Positions 44,907 to 53,494 of a stretch of 64,000 nt of DNA are shown here, piece by piece. Made by a program: the position numbers and the translations under genes. Numbering within the stretch: the stretch's first letter is position 1; each line of letters starts with the position of its first letter. This stretch comes from Patescibacteria group bacterium (GTDB lineage: Bacteria > Patescibacteriota > Minisyncoccia > Minisyncoccales > UBA10102): NCBI GenBank assembly GCA_022563395.1, contig JADFNM010000001.1, forward strand, positions 178,830-242,829, given 5' to 3'. The notes below the pieces were generated by a model that worked only from the letters and a program-made list of their open reading frames with translations, ran no database searches and had not been told where the DNA came from.

Positions 44907-44958
44907 GGTTCCTTAACGAAATTAAGGAAATATGCGCTTTCTAGATAAGGGGAACAAA
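44907..44958. repeat. Type-B palindromic element copy (overlaps the pcm stop region)
   Basis: GGTTCCTTAACGAAATTAAGGAAATATGCGCTTTCTAGATAAGGGGAACAAA. The upstream 25 bp matches the copy at 22901. Confidence 0.75.
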
Positions 44959-45546
44959 CACAAAGCCCTCAAATCGCTGAATGTCGGGTTCTTTGCCTGG
45001 AACTTTTTGTATGCGCACCACCGCATCCTGCACGGGAAGCACCATGACCCCGTCATCTTTGAGCTGGGAAAGAAGTTCTCTTGGTATCTCTTTACCAACG
45101 GCCGAAACCAGGATTTTATCAAAGGGAGCTTGCCCTGGAAATCCCAAGGTTTCTTTCTTTGCCTGAACAACCTTAGCTGGCAACAAAGCATACTTTGAAA
45201 GATTCTCTTGCCCAAAGCGCACCAAGCCCGGTAACACCTCTGTTCCGTATACCTTTCCTTTGGGACCTGCGGCGTGAGCTAAAAGGGCAGTAGTCCAGGC
45301 GGAACCCGAACCAATATCCAGAATCTTTTCACCTTTTTTTGGCTGCAAAAGCTCCAGCATGAAAGCTACCGTGTAGGGCTGGGAAATAGTTTGGCCAAAG
45401 CCAATAGACAGAGGGTAATCCTCGTATGCCTGATTTTGATATTCTGGCAGCACAAAGTCCTTTCTATCTATCCCCAAAAATGCCTTAACGAGGGCTGGCG
45501 TTTTGAGAACCTCTACTTCTTTTAGGTGTTGCACGAGCTCTTCCAT
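44941..45546 (-). CDS. pcm: Protein-L-isoaspartate O-methyltransferase
   Basis: SAM motif ILDIGSGSAWTTALLA and conserved GQTISQPY. Confidence 0.85.
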   Translation of the reverse strand: MEELVQHLKEVEVLKTPALVKAFLGIDRKDFVLPEYQNQAYEDYPLSIGFGQTISQPYTVAFMLELLQPKKGEKILDIGSGSAWTTALLAHAAGPKGKVYGTEVLPGLVRFGQENLSKYALLPAKVVQAKKETLGFPGQAPFDKILVSAVGKEIPRELLSQLKDDGVMVLPVQDAVVRIQKVPGKEPDIQRFEGFVFVPLI

Positions 45547-45611
45547 GTATGGTATTATTGTAGCATATAAGAACCTGCCTACTGGCAGAACCTTGAAATT
45601 CTTACAGAATT

Positions 45612-46067
45612 ATGAAAGTATTTTTCTTGGGTATAGTTGCCATCTTACTTCTTGGAATTGTAGGGTATGTGTTATCGTTGAGCAAAAGTCCGAAGGAAGA
45701 GACTAATAACCAATCCGAGCAAAAAGAAGAAACTATGGCACCAAGCGAACTTCAAATTGAAGACACTATAGTGGGGGAGGGGAAAGAAGCTACTGCGGGA
45801 AAGATTGTCGTGGTGCACTATACAGGAACCTTGCTTGATGGAACCAAGTTTGACAGTTCTCTTGATCGCGGCACTCCTTTTGAGTTTGTCTTGGGGACAG
45901 GCCAGGTCATTCAAGGATGGGATCAGGGAATTGAAGGAATGAAAGTTGGGGGTAAAAGAAAACTCACCATACCTCCAGAGTTTGGGTATGGAGCAAGTCC
46001 GGGCCACCGTCTGCAAAACGAAACTCTCGTCTTTGAAGTAGAACTCCTGGACGTAAGAGAGCAATAA
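45612..46067 (+). CDS. FKBP-type peptidyl-prolyl cis-trans isomerase (membrane-anchored)
   Basis: N-terminal TM, then [17 protein letters not shown]...[26 protein letters not shown]. Confidence 0.85.
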   Translation: MKVFFLGIVAILLLGIVGYVLSLSKSPKEETNNQSEQKEETMAPSELQIEDTIVGEGKEATAGKIVVVHYTGTLLDGTKFDSSLDRGTPFEFVLGTGQVIQGWDQGIEGMKVGGKRKLTIPPEFGYGASPGHRLQNETLVFEVELLDVREQ

Positions 46068-46083
46068 TCATGGCAAATATATT

Positions 46084-46851
46084 ATGAACAATACAACGCT
46101 TAAAAACTACCTTCTTCTTACCGTTATCGGAACCTTAATTGTTTTTGGCTTAAGTATTGTATGGTTTGTAGCATCCTACTCAAAAGCGACAGAGCCAGCT
46201 TCCTTTCGAAGCTTTCAAGTTTTAGGAGAGGGAAGTGTCACCACAATTCCCGACATTGCTCAATTCTCTTTTGGAGTCATCACCCAAGGAGGAATTGACC
46301 TTGCCGTCACTCAAGAAGAAAACACAAGAGAGGTGAATGCCGCCATTGCGTTCCTCAAAGAACAGAACATTGAGGAAAAAGACATCAGCACAAAAGCCTA
46401 CCAGGTTAGTCCTCGCTACCAATACTACATCTGCAACGGAGAAAACGGCCCGTGCCCGCCTGCTGAAATCGTGGGGTACACAGTACAACAAACAGTACAG
46501 GTGAAAGTTCGGGACTTTAGTGTTATAGGGGGCCTGCTTGCCGGGGTGGTAGAAAATGGAGCAAACAGTGTTTCCCAGCTTTCTTTCACCATTGACGACC
46601 CAACACAGGTGCAAAACGAAGCAAGGGCAAAAGCCATTAAAAAAGCAAAAGAGAAGGCACAGGCAATAGCAGAAGCGGGAGGATTTAAGGTAGGGCGCCT
46701 TCTTTCAATCCAAGAAAGTTTCTCACCTTCCTTTGGCTATGTAACGCTCGAAAGTAGCAGGGGAGAAGCACCGAGTCCTCCCGCTCCCAGCATTGAGCCT
46801 GGGTCACAAGAAGTGAGCGTGGTAATGACCCTCAAGTACGAAATCCGATAA
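46084..46851 (+). CDS. SIMPL/DUF541 periplasmic protein
   Basis: N-terminal TM and the DUF541 pattern (ITQGGIDLAV...AKAIKKAKEKAQAIAEAGG...EVSVVMTLKYEI). Confidence 0.65.
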   Translation: MNNTTLKNYLLLTVIGTLIVFGLSIVWFVASYSKATEPASFRSFQVLGEGSVTTIPDIAQFSFGVITQGGIDLAVTQEENTREVNAAIAFLKEQNIEEKDISTKAYQVSPRYQYYICNGENGPCPPAEIVGYTVQQTVQVKVRDFSVIGGLLAGVVENGANSVSQLSFTIDDPTQVQNEARAKAIKKAKEKAQAIAEAGGFKVGRLLSIQESFSPSFGYVTLESSRGEAPSPPAPSIEPGSQEVSVVMTLKYEIR

Positions 46852-46862
46852 GCCGATTTCCT

Positions 46863-47192
46863 ATGGACCCCATTGTCATTCAAAGAAAAGAAGAAACGGA
46901 CAAGGGCTGGCGGTTCATAGTAGAAGTGGGAAGGCAAGCGGAATACAGGGTTGGCTTTTCGGTGAGCGTTGACAAGGACTACTGGCAAAAACTCACTCTA
47001 GGCAAACATTCTTCAGAACGTCTCGTCCAGGAAAGTTTTCGATTCCTCTTGGCAAAAGAAACAACAAAGACGGCTCTTATACGAGAAATCGGCCACTCTT
47101 TTAACTTGAGAGACCTTCCCAATACCTACTACAGCTACGAGAGGCGAATGAAGATGGCATTGTTCGGCACAGAGTACCCTGAGATTAAGTGA
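46863..47192 (+). CDS. Hypothetical protein (109 aa)
   Basis: ORF with coding-like composition. No motif. Confidence 0.35.
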   Translation: MDPIVIQRKEETDKGWRFIVEVGRQAEYRVGFSVSVDKDYWQKLTLGKHSSERLVQESFRFLLAKETTKTALIREIGHSFNLRDLPNTYYSYERRMKMALFGTEYPEIK

Positions 47193-47756
47193 TTACTGCA
47201 CTCTTCTTACGTATTCACTCGTTTGTGTGTTTACCTCAATTTCGTCCCCGGTGTCCACAAACAGGGGAACTTGAATCACAGCTCCCGTTTCCAAGATAGC
47301 AGTCTTAGTGCCACCCACAGCACGATCACCCTTTATACCAGGGGGAGCTTCTTTCACCTTAAGATTCATTTTAATGGGGAGCGCAATGGTTAAAATCTCA
47401 CCTTGAAAGCGCACCCCTTCCATTTCGGTGCTTTGAATCAAAAACTCCACTTGAGATCCAATCTGTTTCTTTGTAAGCTCGAAACGCTTTGAGGGACTGT
47501 TTGTTTCTGCAAAGACATACTTTTCTTGGTTCTCATAAATAAACTTGACCTGCAGCTTTTCTAACTCCGCTTCCTCAAACTCGTCTCCCGTGTGAAAAGT
47601 GCGGCTCAGAACGTTTCCGTTCTTTAGGTTTCGCAGCTTTACCTGCATCACAGAGCTTCCCCGTCCTTTGAACATTAAAGAATGCTCAAGAACTAAGCAG
47701 GGGGCTCCTTCATACACGAAATAAGTTCCTTTTTTTAGCTCAACATGGGAAAGCAT
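47193..47756 (-). CDS. efp: Translation elongation factor P
   Basis: 187 aa with KPGKGSA-like loop (FKGRGSSVMQVKLRNLKNG) and three OB domains. Confidence 0.85.
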   Translation of the reverse strand: MLSHVELKKGTYFVYEGAPCLVLEHSLMFKGRGSSVMQVKLRNLKNGNVLSRTFHTGDEFEEAELEKLQVKFIYENQEKYVFAETNSPSKRFELTKKQIGSQVEFLIQSTEMEGVRFQGEILTIALPIKMNLKVKEAPPGIKGDRAVGGTKTAILETGAVIQVPLFVDTGDEIEVNTQTSEYVRRVQ

Positions 47757-47767
47757 AAGCGCTTTTT

Positions 47768-47805
47768 CCTAAATGAGATTTAGGAGCTCCTAAATCTCAT
47801 TTAGG
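47768..47805. repeat. 38-bp palindrome CCTAAATGAGATTTAGGAGCTCCTAAATCTCATTTAGG
   Basis: Variant (CAT vs CGT) of the 11241 copy. Lies between the efp start and the fmt stop. Confidence 0.85.
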
Positions 47806-48745
47806 CAAGTATTGTGCCAAGAAAATCTTTATGGCCTAAGAGAAAGTCTTTTGCGGGCATGGGTTTTCCTCCTTCAAGCTGAAGCTCTTCAATGCTAAGT
47901 ACTCCCTCTCCGGTGTGTACTGCAATTTTTCCATCAACCGCAAAGGTTGTGCCCGGTACTTTCTTCTCGTCTCCTAAGTTTAGCTTAGGAGAACTGACTT
48001 TTAATATTTTAAGAAACTTTCCGTTCCAGGAGGTATAGGTGCCGGGCCAAGGGTGAAAGGCCCGAATCTGCCTTGCAATATACTCAGCTTCCCGGTTCCA
48101 GTCAATCCTCCCATCTTCTTTTGTTATTTTCTTGGTAAAGGTGGCTTTGCTGTGGTCTTGCTCTTTTGGTTCAATCTTGCCCTCTAACCAAAGGGGCAAA
48201 GTTTTTACCAACAGTTCACCTCCTATCTCTCCAAGCTTTGCGTGGAGTTCTTCGTGCCGCATGTCTTCTGGAATAACAAACTCTTCTTTTGCTAAGATTG
48301 GGCCATGGTCTACTTTGTCATCTAACAGGATAATAGTGACTCCTGTTATTTTCTCGCCTTTAAGCAAGGTAAAGCGTTCTGGGGCCGGTCCCCGGTACTT
48401 TGGAAGCAAAGAAGGATGCACGTTCAAAACTCCTTTGGGAGGCAACTCCACCAATTCTTTTGACAGGATGTTCCCGTATGCACCCAATACAAAGAGTTCA
48501 GCCTCCTTGAGTTCCTTTCTCTCTAAAAGTTCTGCTGGGTTTTCGGGTTGCGCTACAGGAAGATTGTGCCTTAAAGCAACTTCCTTTACCGGTGATGATG
48601 TGGGTTCCTGTTTTCTTCCAGCTTTTCTGTCTGGCGCAGTCACCACCAAAGAAGGGGAATATCCTGCATTCAAAAGACGCTTTAACACTTTTGCTGCGAG
48701 CTCTCTTGTTCCAAAAAATACAAAGTTAAGGTCTTGACTTGTCAT
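47801..48745 (-). CDS. fmt: Methionyl-tRNA formyltransferase (ORF extends to 48793)
   Basis: N-terminal formyltransferase domain (HPSLLPKYRGPAP) and a C-terminal Fmt domain. Confidence 0.85.
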   Translation of the reverse strand: MTSQDLNFVFFGTRELAAKVLKRLLNAGYSPSLVVTAPDRKAGRKQEPTSSPVKEVALRHNLPVAQPENPAELLERKELKEAELFVLGAYGNILSKELVELPPKGVLNVHPSLLPKYRGPAPERFTLLKGEKITGVTIILLDDKVDHGPILAKEEFVIPEDMRHEELHAKLGEIGGELLVKTLPLWLEGKIEPKEQDHSKATFTKKITKEDGRIDWNREAEYIARQIRAFHPWPGTYTSWNGKFLKILKVSSPKLNLGDEKKVPGTTFAVDGKIAVHTGEGVLSIEELQLEGGKPMPAKDFLLGHKDFLGTILA

Positions 48746-48969
48746 AATGTAATGGTATAAAGAAGATGTCCGTGGCTTAGGCAAAGCTCTCAAATCAGCC
48801 TCGGTGTAAGGGAGCTGCTCTGGAGAAATCCAGAGAAGGGAATAGAGGAGGTGCCACTCCTATTCCGAAAGAGGGATTGAGCCCCGCGGCTGCCGCAGCT
48901 TTTGCTCCGGCGTGCTCTCCCTCTCACTTTACTTTGCAAGGCGAGCTCTTCTCGGGCTCGCGTTTTCTT

Positions 48970-49650
48970 TTAGGGAACAATGCGCCACTCAATGTCCTTT
49001 TCTTCTGCCGCAAACTCCAGCCATTCGCCTTCGGGTGTCACCACAAACCATTTCTTCTTTCGTTCATCCCATATCATAGGATCTCCCCGAAAGAAGGCTT
49101 TTTTGACGGCTTCTTTCGGTTTGAGCTGTTCTAACTCCGGCCAACGTTTTATCACCGTATCAAGCGTGTAATCAAGCTTTCTGGAGTTTGCCCATTCTGC
49201 AACTTTCTTTATTGCACTCTCCGCCTTTTTTAAAGAACCTGCAAGCAAGAGAAGTTCGCGCGCTGACTTTGCATACTTTCCGTATACGATTTTCTCTGCT
49301 TTTGCCTTTCTTTTAAGCTCCACGAGTGAGACGCCCTTTGTTATAAAATAGTACGTGACAATCTGACGAAGTACGGTCTTGCGCCAGAGTTCATCGCGAT
49401 ATGCAATCTTCCTGGTACCAATATACTCCTCAATCTTTTGAGCAATGCTCACGCCGATGCCCCGTATCTTCTTTACTCCCGAAAGCCCTTCTCTCCTGTA
49501 TATTCTCCCTACGCTTTCTTTAAGTTCCTCAAGGGCAAGGGCGGCTTTTTGGTATGCCCGTGGCTTATGTTTGGTTCCCTGAAGTTCCTCTAAATATGCA
49601 ATCTCCCGCAGTATCTCAACCAACTTTTTGTTTTTTTCTTCTTTTGGCAT
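48970..49650 (-). CDS. PolX-family N-terminal (lyase/HhH) domain protein lacking a polymerase palm
   Basis: MPKEEKNKKLVEILREIAYLEELQG resembles the PolX 8-kDa domain. HhH motif IRGIGVSIAQKI. Only 226 aa. Confidence 0.45.
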   Translation of the reverse strand: MPKEEKNKKLVEILREIAYLEELQGTKHKPRAYQKAALALEELKESVGRIYRREGLSGVKKIRGIGVSIAQKIEEYIGTRKIAYRDELWRKTVLRQIVTYYFITKGVSLVELKRKAKAEKIVYGKYAKSARELLLLAGSLKKAESAIKKVAEWANSRKLDYTLDTVIKRWPELEQLKPKEAVKKAFFRGDPMIWDERKKKWFVVTPEGEWLEFAAEEKDIEWRIVP

Positions 49651-49689
49651 TACAGTTTCATTTTACCTTATTTATGCTACTATTCAATC

Positions 49690-50235
49690 ATGTTGCATCG
49701 GATTTTTCTCGCCATAAACCTGCCAGAGAAGACAAGAAAAGAGCTTCTGGGATACAAGGAAAAGTGGCTTAAACTCCCTGCACGCTGGATAACACCAGAG
49801 AATCTCCATGTCACCTTGGTGTTTCTTGGCAATACGTCTGATAAAGAACTTCTGGAAGTACAGAGAATTGCAAGAGAAATTGCAGCAAAACACAAACAAT
49901 TTTCTTTCTTCCTTCAAAAGATTGCATACGGGCCCTCAGAAAAACAGCCTAGGATGATATGGACGAAGGGGACAATGTCAAAAGAACTCTTGTCTTTGCA
50001 AAAAGACTTGGCAGGGGCGCTGGGATACCAAGAGGAACGCCCATTCTCTTTGCACATTACATTGGCTAGATTGAATGAATGGGAATTCCGAATGATAGAG
50101 CCAGAAGAGCGCCCTGAAGTCAATGAGGAAATATCCCTTAAGATTCCTGTCTCTTCTTTGCAAGTCATGGAAAGCAGGCTCAAACGAACGGGCGCACAAT
50201 ACAGCGTGATAGAATCTATACCATTATCTCCTTAA
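49690..50235 (+). CDS. thpR: RNA 2',3'-cyclic phosphodiesterase (2H phosphoesterase, LigT/ThpR)
   Basis: Two H-x-T-x motifs: HVTLVFLG and HITLARL. Confidence 0.8.
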   Translation: MLHRIFLAINLPEKTRKELLGYKEKWLKLPARWITPENLHVTLVFLGNTSDKELLEVQRIAREIAAKHKQFSFFLQKIAYGPSEKQPRMIWTKGTMSKELLSLQKDLAGALGYQEERPFSLHITLARLNEWEFRMIEPEERPEVNEEISLKIPVSSLQVMESRLKRTGAQYSVIESIPLSP

Positions 50236-51614
50236 TGAAAAAGCGAATACATTTTATTGGTATTGGGGGAATAGGGGTTTCTGCCCTGGCAAAGTACTAC
50301 CTAAAAAAAGGATGGCAGGTTTTGGGTTCTGACCTGACAGCAAGCGAGATTACCATACAAATGAAAAACCTGGGGGCAAAGGTACACATTGGAAAACCAA
50401 AGGCCTCCTTGATTACGACAAAAATAGAAAAAGTTATTTTCAGCCCTGCAGTTCCAAGGAATCATCCAGAGCGCATGGCTGCAAGAAAAAAGAAGATACA
50501 AGAACTCTCCTACCCTAAAGCCTTAGGAGAGCTTACTAAAAAACACTACACCATTGCGGTTTCTGGCACTCATGGGAAGTCCACTACCACTGCCATGCTC
50601 GGACTGTTGCTCACCAAAGCAGGGCTGGATCCCACGGTCATTGTGGGCACCAGGTTAAAAGAGTTTGGCAACAGCAACTGCAGGGTGGGAAAGAGCAAAT
50701 ACCTGGTTATTGAAGCTGACGAACACTTTGCCTCGTTTTTAAACTATCGCCCCCAAATCATTATCTTGACTTCTTTGGAAGCTGATCACTTAGACTTTTA
50801 CAAAACATTGGAAAACCTTATCAAAACCTTCAAAAAGTATGTTCGCCTTTTGCCAAAAGACGGAATAGTAGTAGCAAACAGAGACGACAAAAACGTTCAA
50901 AAGGTACTCAAGGGTTTTAAAAAAGAGATTATCTGGTATTCAAAAAAGCATAAGGGGGCTAAAAAGGTAAAGTCTGCGCTCTGGATACCAGGAGAACATA
51001 ATGTTTCAAACGCACTTTCCGTCCTTAAGGTCGCAAGACTTCTGAATGTTCCAGACAAGAAAAGTTTGGAGGCGCTTTCTCAATTCAAAGGTTCCTGGCG
51101 CAGGTTTGAACTGTTTTCCCTCAAAAAGCCCAAACCCTATACCTTGGTATCAGACTATGGTCACCACCCAACAGAGATTAAGGTAACAATAGAGGCCACG
51201 CGAGAGAAATGGCCTAAAAAGAACATCTGGCTTGTATACCAACCCCACCAGTATCAAAGGACGTTCTATCTTTTCAAAGATTTTGTGAGGGTGCTTTCCC
51301 GCCTTCCCATTCAAAAACTTCTCTTAATGGATATTTATGACGTGGCAGGCAGAGAAGAAAAAGCAATCAGGGGCAAAGTGTCCTCTCAGAAACTCATAGA
51401 GAAAATCCAGATGATGCCTAAACGGATGATGCCTAAACGAGATTTAGGATTTCCTAAATCTCGTTTAGGAGCCCCAAAAGAAGTTCTGTACATCCCCACT
51501 GCTGACCAGGTTAAAGCGTATCTTAAAAGAAACCTCACGGGAGGAGAGGTTGTTGTAGTTATGGGAGCTGGAGATATCTACCAAAATCTGACCCTTCGAC
51601 TATGCTCAGGGTAA
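50235..51614 (+). CDS. murC: UDP-N-acetylmuramate--L-alanine ligase, carrying an in-frame palindromic-element insertion
   Basis: GIGGIGVSALA Rossmann start and Mur ligase P-loop VSGTHGKSTTTAM. The C-terminal domain holds the inserted peptide MMPKRMMPKRDLGFPKSRLGAP. Confidence 0.85.
   Translation: MKKRIHFIGIGGIGVSALAKYYLKKGWQVLGSDLTASEITIQMKNLGAKVHIGKPKASLITTKIEKVIFSPAVPRNHPERMAARKKKIQELSYPKALGELTKKHYTIAVSGTHGKSTTTAMLGLLLTKAGLDPTVIVGTRLKEFGNSNCRVGKSKYLVIEADEHFASFLNYRPQIIILTSLEADHLDFYKTLENLIKTFKKYVRLLPKDGIVVANRDDKNVQKVLKGFKKEIIWYSKKHKGAKKVKSALWIPGEHNVSNALSVLKVARLLNVPDKKSLEALSQFKGSWRRFELFSLKKPKPYTLVSDYGHHPTEIKVTIEATREKWPKKNIWLVYQPHQYQRTFYLFKDFVRVLSRLPIQKLLLMDIYDVAGREEKAIRGKVSSQKLIEKIQMMPKRMMPKRDLGFPKSRLGAPKEVLYIPTADQVKAYLKRNLTGGEVVVVMGAGDIYQNLTLRLCSG
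51417..51469. repeat. Palindromic element (CCTAAACGAGATTTAGGATTTCCTAAATCTCGTTTAGG) plus a 14-bp duplicated flank ATGATGCCTAAACG, inserted in frame in murC
   Basis: Seen directly in the sequence. Frame preserved. Confidence 0.8.
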
Positions 51615-51735
51615 ACCTTGCGATTGACCCCTCCCTTTCTTAGTCTTTTTAGGAAAGGGAGGGGTTGACACGCCCCATACTAAAAGAGGACAATAGAAAA
51701 AGAGGTCGAGACTGTATAAATAACCAACCACATTC

Positions 51736-52215
51736 ATGCCATTTCTTTTAATAATCGTAATCATCATCGTGGTAGCAGCAGTGGCGTGGTACTTTGTAAT
51801 GAGCAGGGGAAAGGGGAAAAGTCCAAAGCCTCAAGGCCCACAGCCTCCTTCCTTCAAAACCCCTCAGGGGCCACCACCTTCACCACCGCCTCCCGTGAGG
51901 CCAGAACCCCCGAGGCCAACTCCGCCTTCGCCTCCTCCGGTACTGCCAAAGCAACCAACACCTCCTGCGCCGCCACCTCCACCTCCCACGCGGCCAACTC
52001 CGCCTTCGCCTCCTCCGGTACTGCCAAAGCAACCAACACCTCCTGCGCCGCCACCTCCACCTCCTCCCACGCGGCCAACTCCGCCTTCGCCTCCTCCGGT
52101 ACCGCCAAAGCAACCAACACCTCCTGCGCCGCCACCTCCACCTCCACCTCCTCCCACGCGGCCAACTCCGCCTCCACCACCGCCTCCGGTGGGAGGAGAT
52201 ACAGGAATGATGTAG
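51736..52215 (+). CDS. Membrane-anchored proline-rich tandem-repeat protein
   Basis: N-terminal TM then three repeats of PTPPSPPPVLPKQPTPPAPPPPPPTR, each with a longer poly-Pro run than the last. Confidence 0.55.
   Translation: MPFLLIIVIIIVVAAVAWYFVMSRGKGKSPKPQGPQPPSFKTPQGPPPSPPPPVRPEPPRPTPPSPPPVLPKQPTPPAPPPPPPTRPTPPSPPPVLPKQPTPPAPPPPPPPTRPTPPSPPPVPPKQPTPPAPPPPPPPPPTRPTPPPPPPPVGGDTGMM
51912..52190. repeat. Tandem DNA repeat, about 78/81/87-bp units (ACGCGGCCAACTCCGCCTTCGCCTCCTCCGGTACTGCCAAAGCAACCAACACCTCCTGCGCCGCCACCTCCACCTCC...)
   Basis: Three consecutive copies with CCT/CCACCT expansions. Both alternative frames and the opposite strand are also open; these are treated as artefacts. Confidence 0.8.
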
Positions 52216-52269
52216 CATTAGAGGAGATTCTTCAGTACTCATTTACCGCCCTCTTGAATCTCCTTATAA

Positions 52270-53283
52270 GTGGCCTTCTTGGGTTTTTTGTATACTCACA
52301 AAATCAAAAGAGTATTATCAACAGAACATTCACCCGTCATTGTGACCAAACGGCTTTTTGTCATTCGTGTCGTCTTGACCCAAATGCTGGTTGGCATCAT
52401 TTCCGTGCTCCTTTTTATCAACCTCGTTCTTTCTAGAACCGCTTTTGAATACTTCTGGAAAGGGGGACTGCTCATAGCGTTCTTGGCAGCTGGCTACCTG
52501 TTTGTGAAAAGCGTGATAAATGAAATCAAGCAGCGCCAAGAACTGGAGCGAGCCCATGTGAAGTTAAAGGAGCTGGACGAGGCAAAGTCGGAGTTTGTTT
52601 CTATTGCTTCCCACCAGTTGAGAACTCCACTCACTGCCATTAAGGGATATATCTCCATGCTTATGGAAGGAAGCTACGGCAAGCTTTCTTCAAAGCAAAA
52701 AAAACCAATAACAAACATCTACGACTCCAATGAACGCTTAATTCGCCTGGTCAATGATCTTCTTAATATCTCTCGCATTGAGTCAGGCAGAATCAAGATG
52801 GAACCACAAAAAGCAAAGCTTCAAGAGGTACTGCAAGGAGTAGTTGACGAACTTAAGATTAAGGCGAAACAAAAGAATCTAAAACTCGTTTTGCGAAAAC
52901 CCAAACTTCCCCTGCCTTCTTTCAACCTAGATCCTGCCAAGATGAGGAACGTTGTCTTGAACATCATTGATAATGCCATTCGCTATACTGCCAAGGGCTC
53001 CATTACGCTTCGGCTCACGCCCCAGCCTGAAAACCGCAACCTTCAAACCAAAAGCGTACTCATAACCATTAAAGACACGGGGGAAGGAATGTCCAAAGAA
53101 GAACTGCAGCACCTCTTTGAGAGTTTTACGCGAGGCAAAACAGGTACTAAGATGTGGACAGAAGGAGCGGGACTGGGTCTCTATATTGCAAAGCAGTTCG
53201 TGCAAATGCATAAAGGCAAGATCTGGGCAAAATCACCAGGCAAGGGGAAAGGCAGCACTTTCTTTATAGAGTTACCTGTATAA
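52270..53283 (+). CDS. Sensor histidine kinase (membrane-bound, HisKA + HATPase_c)
   Basis: H-box SIASHQLRTPLTAIKGY, N-box NIIDNAIRYT, G-boxes DTGEGM and GAGLGL. Confidence 0.85.
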   Translation: MAFLGFLYTHKIKRVLSTEHSPVIVTKRLFVIRVVLTQMLVGIISVLLFINLVLSRTAFEYFWKGGLLIAFLAAGYLFVKSVINEIKQRQELERAHVKLKELDEAKSEFVSIASHQLRTPLTAIKGYISMLMEGSYGKLSSKQKKPITNIYDSNERLIRLVNDLLNISRIESGRIKMEPQKAKLQEVLQGVVDELKIKAKQKNLKLVLRKPKLPLPSFNLDPAKMRNVVLNIIDNAIRYTAKGSITLRLTPQPENRNLQTKSVLITIKDTGEGMSKEELQHLFESFTRGKTGTKMWTEGAGLGLYIAKQFVQMHKGKIWAKSPGKGKGSTFFIELPV

Positions 53284-53288
53284 TTAGG

Positions 53289-53402
53289 TATGGCAAAGAA
53301 AAACCAGATATTGTTCTTTTGGACATTCTTCTCTTTGACGGCCATGGCATTGAGTATTTGAGAACGAAGAAATCTGAAATAGGGAAGAACAAAGGCTTTT
53401 GA
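53289..53402 (+). pseudogene. Truncated response-regulator receiver-domain fragment (EKPDIVLLDILLFDGHGIEYLR...)
   Basis: Frame +3 encodes the conserved receiver alpha3-beta3 motif PDIVLLDI-L-DG-GIE. The N-terminal about 45 aa (phospho-acceptor region) and everything after about 35 aa are missing. Confidence 0.5.
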
Positions 53403-53494
53403 GTTGCCGTGATTTTATGCTATCCTACCTCAAGGATAGTTTTTATTTGTATTACAAGAAATCTGTGGATTTCCTTACAAATAACCGCAATTAT

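Noticed and set aside
51786-52436. Alternative-frame ORF (216 aa, Ala/Ser/Thr-rich) and minus-strand Gly-rich and Arg/Trp-rich ORFs across the proline-rich tandem repeat
   Set aside because: They are an artefact of the CCN/GCC-rich repeat being open in all frames. Only the frame with the TM anchor and proline repeats looks biological. The alternative frames are noted only as possible phase-variation outcomes.
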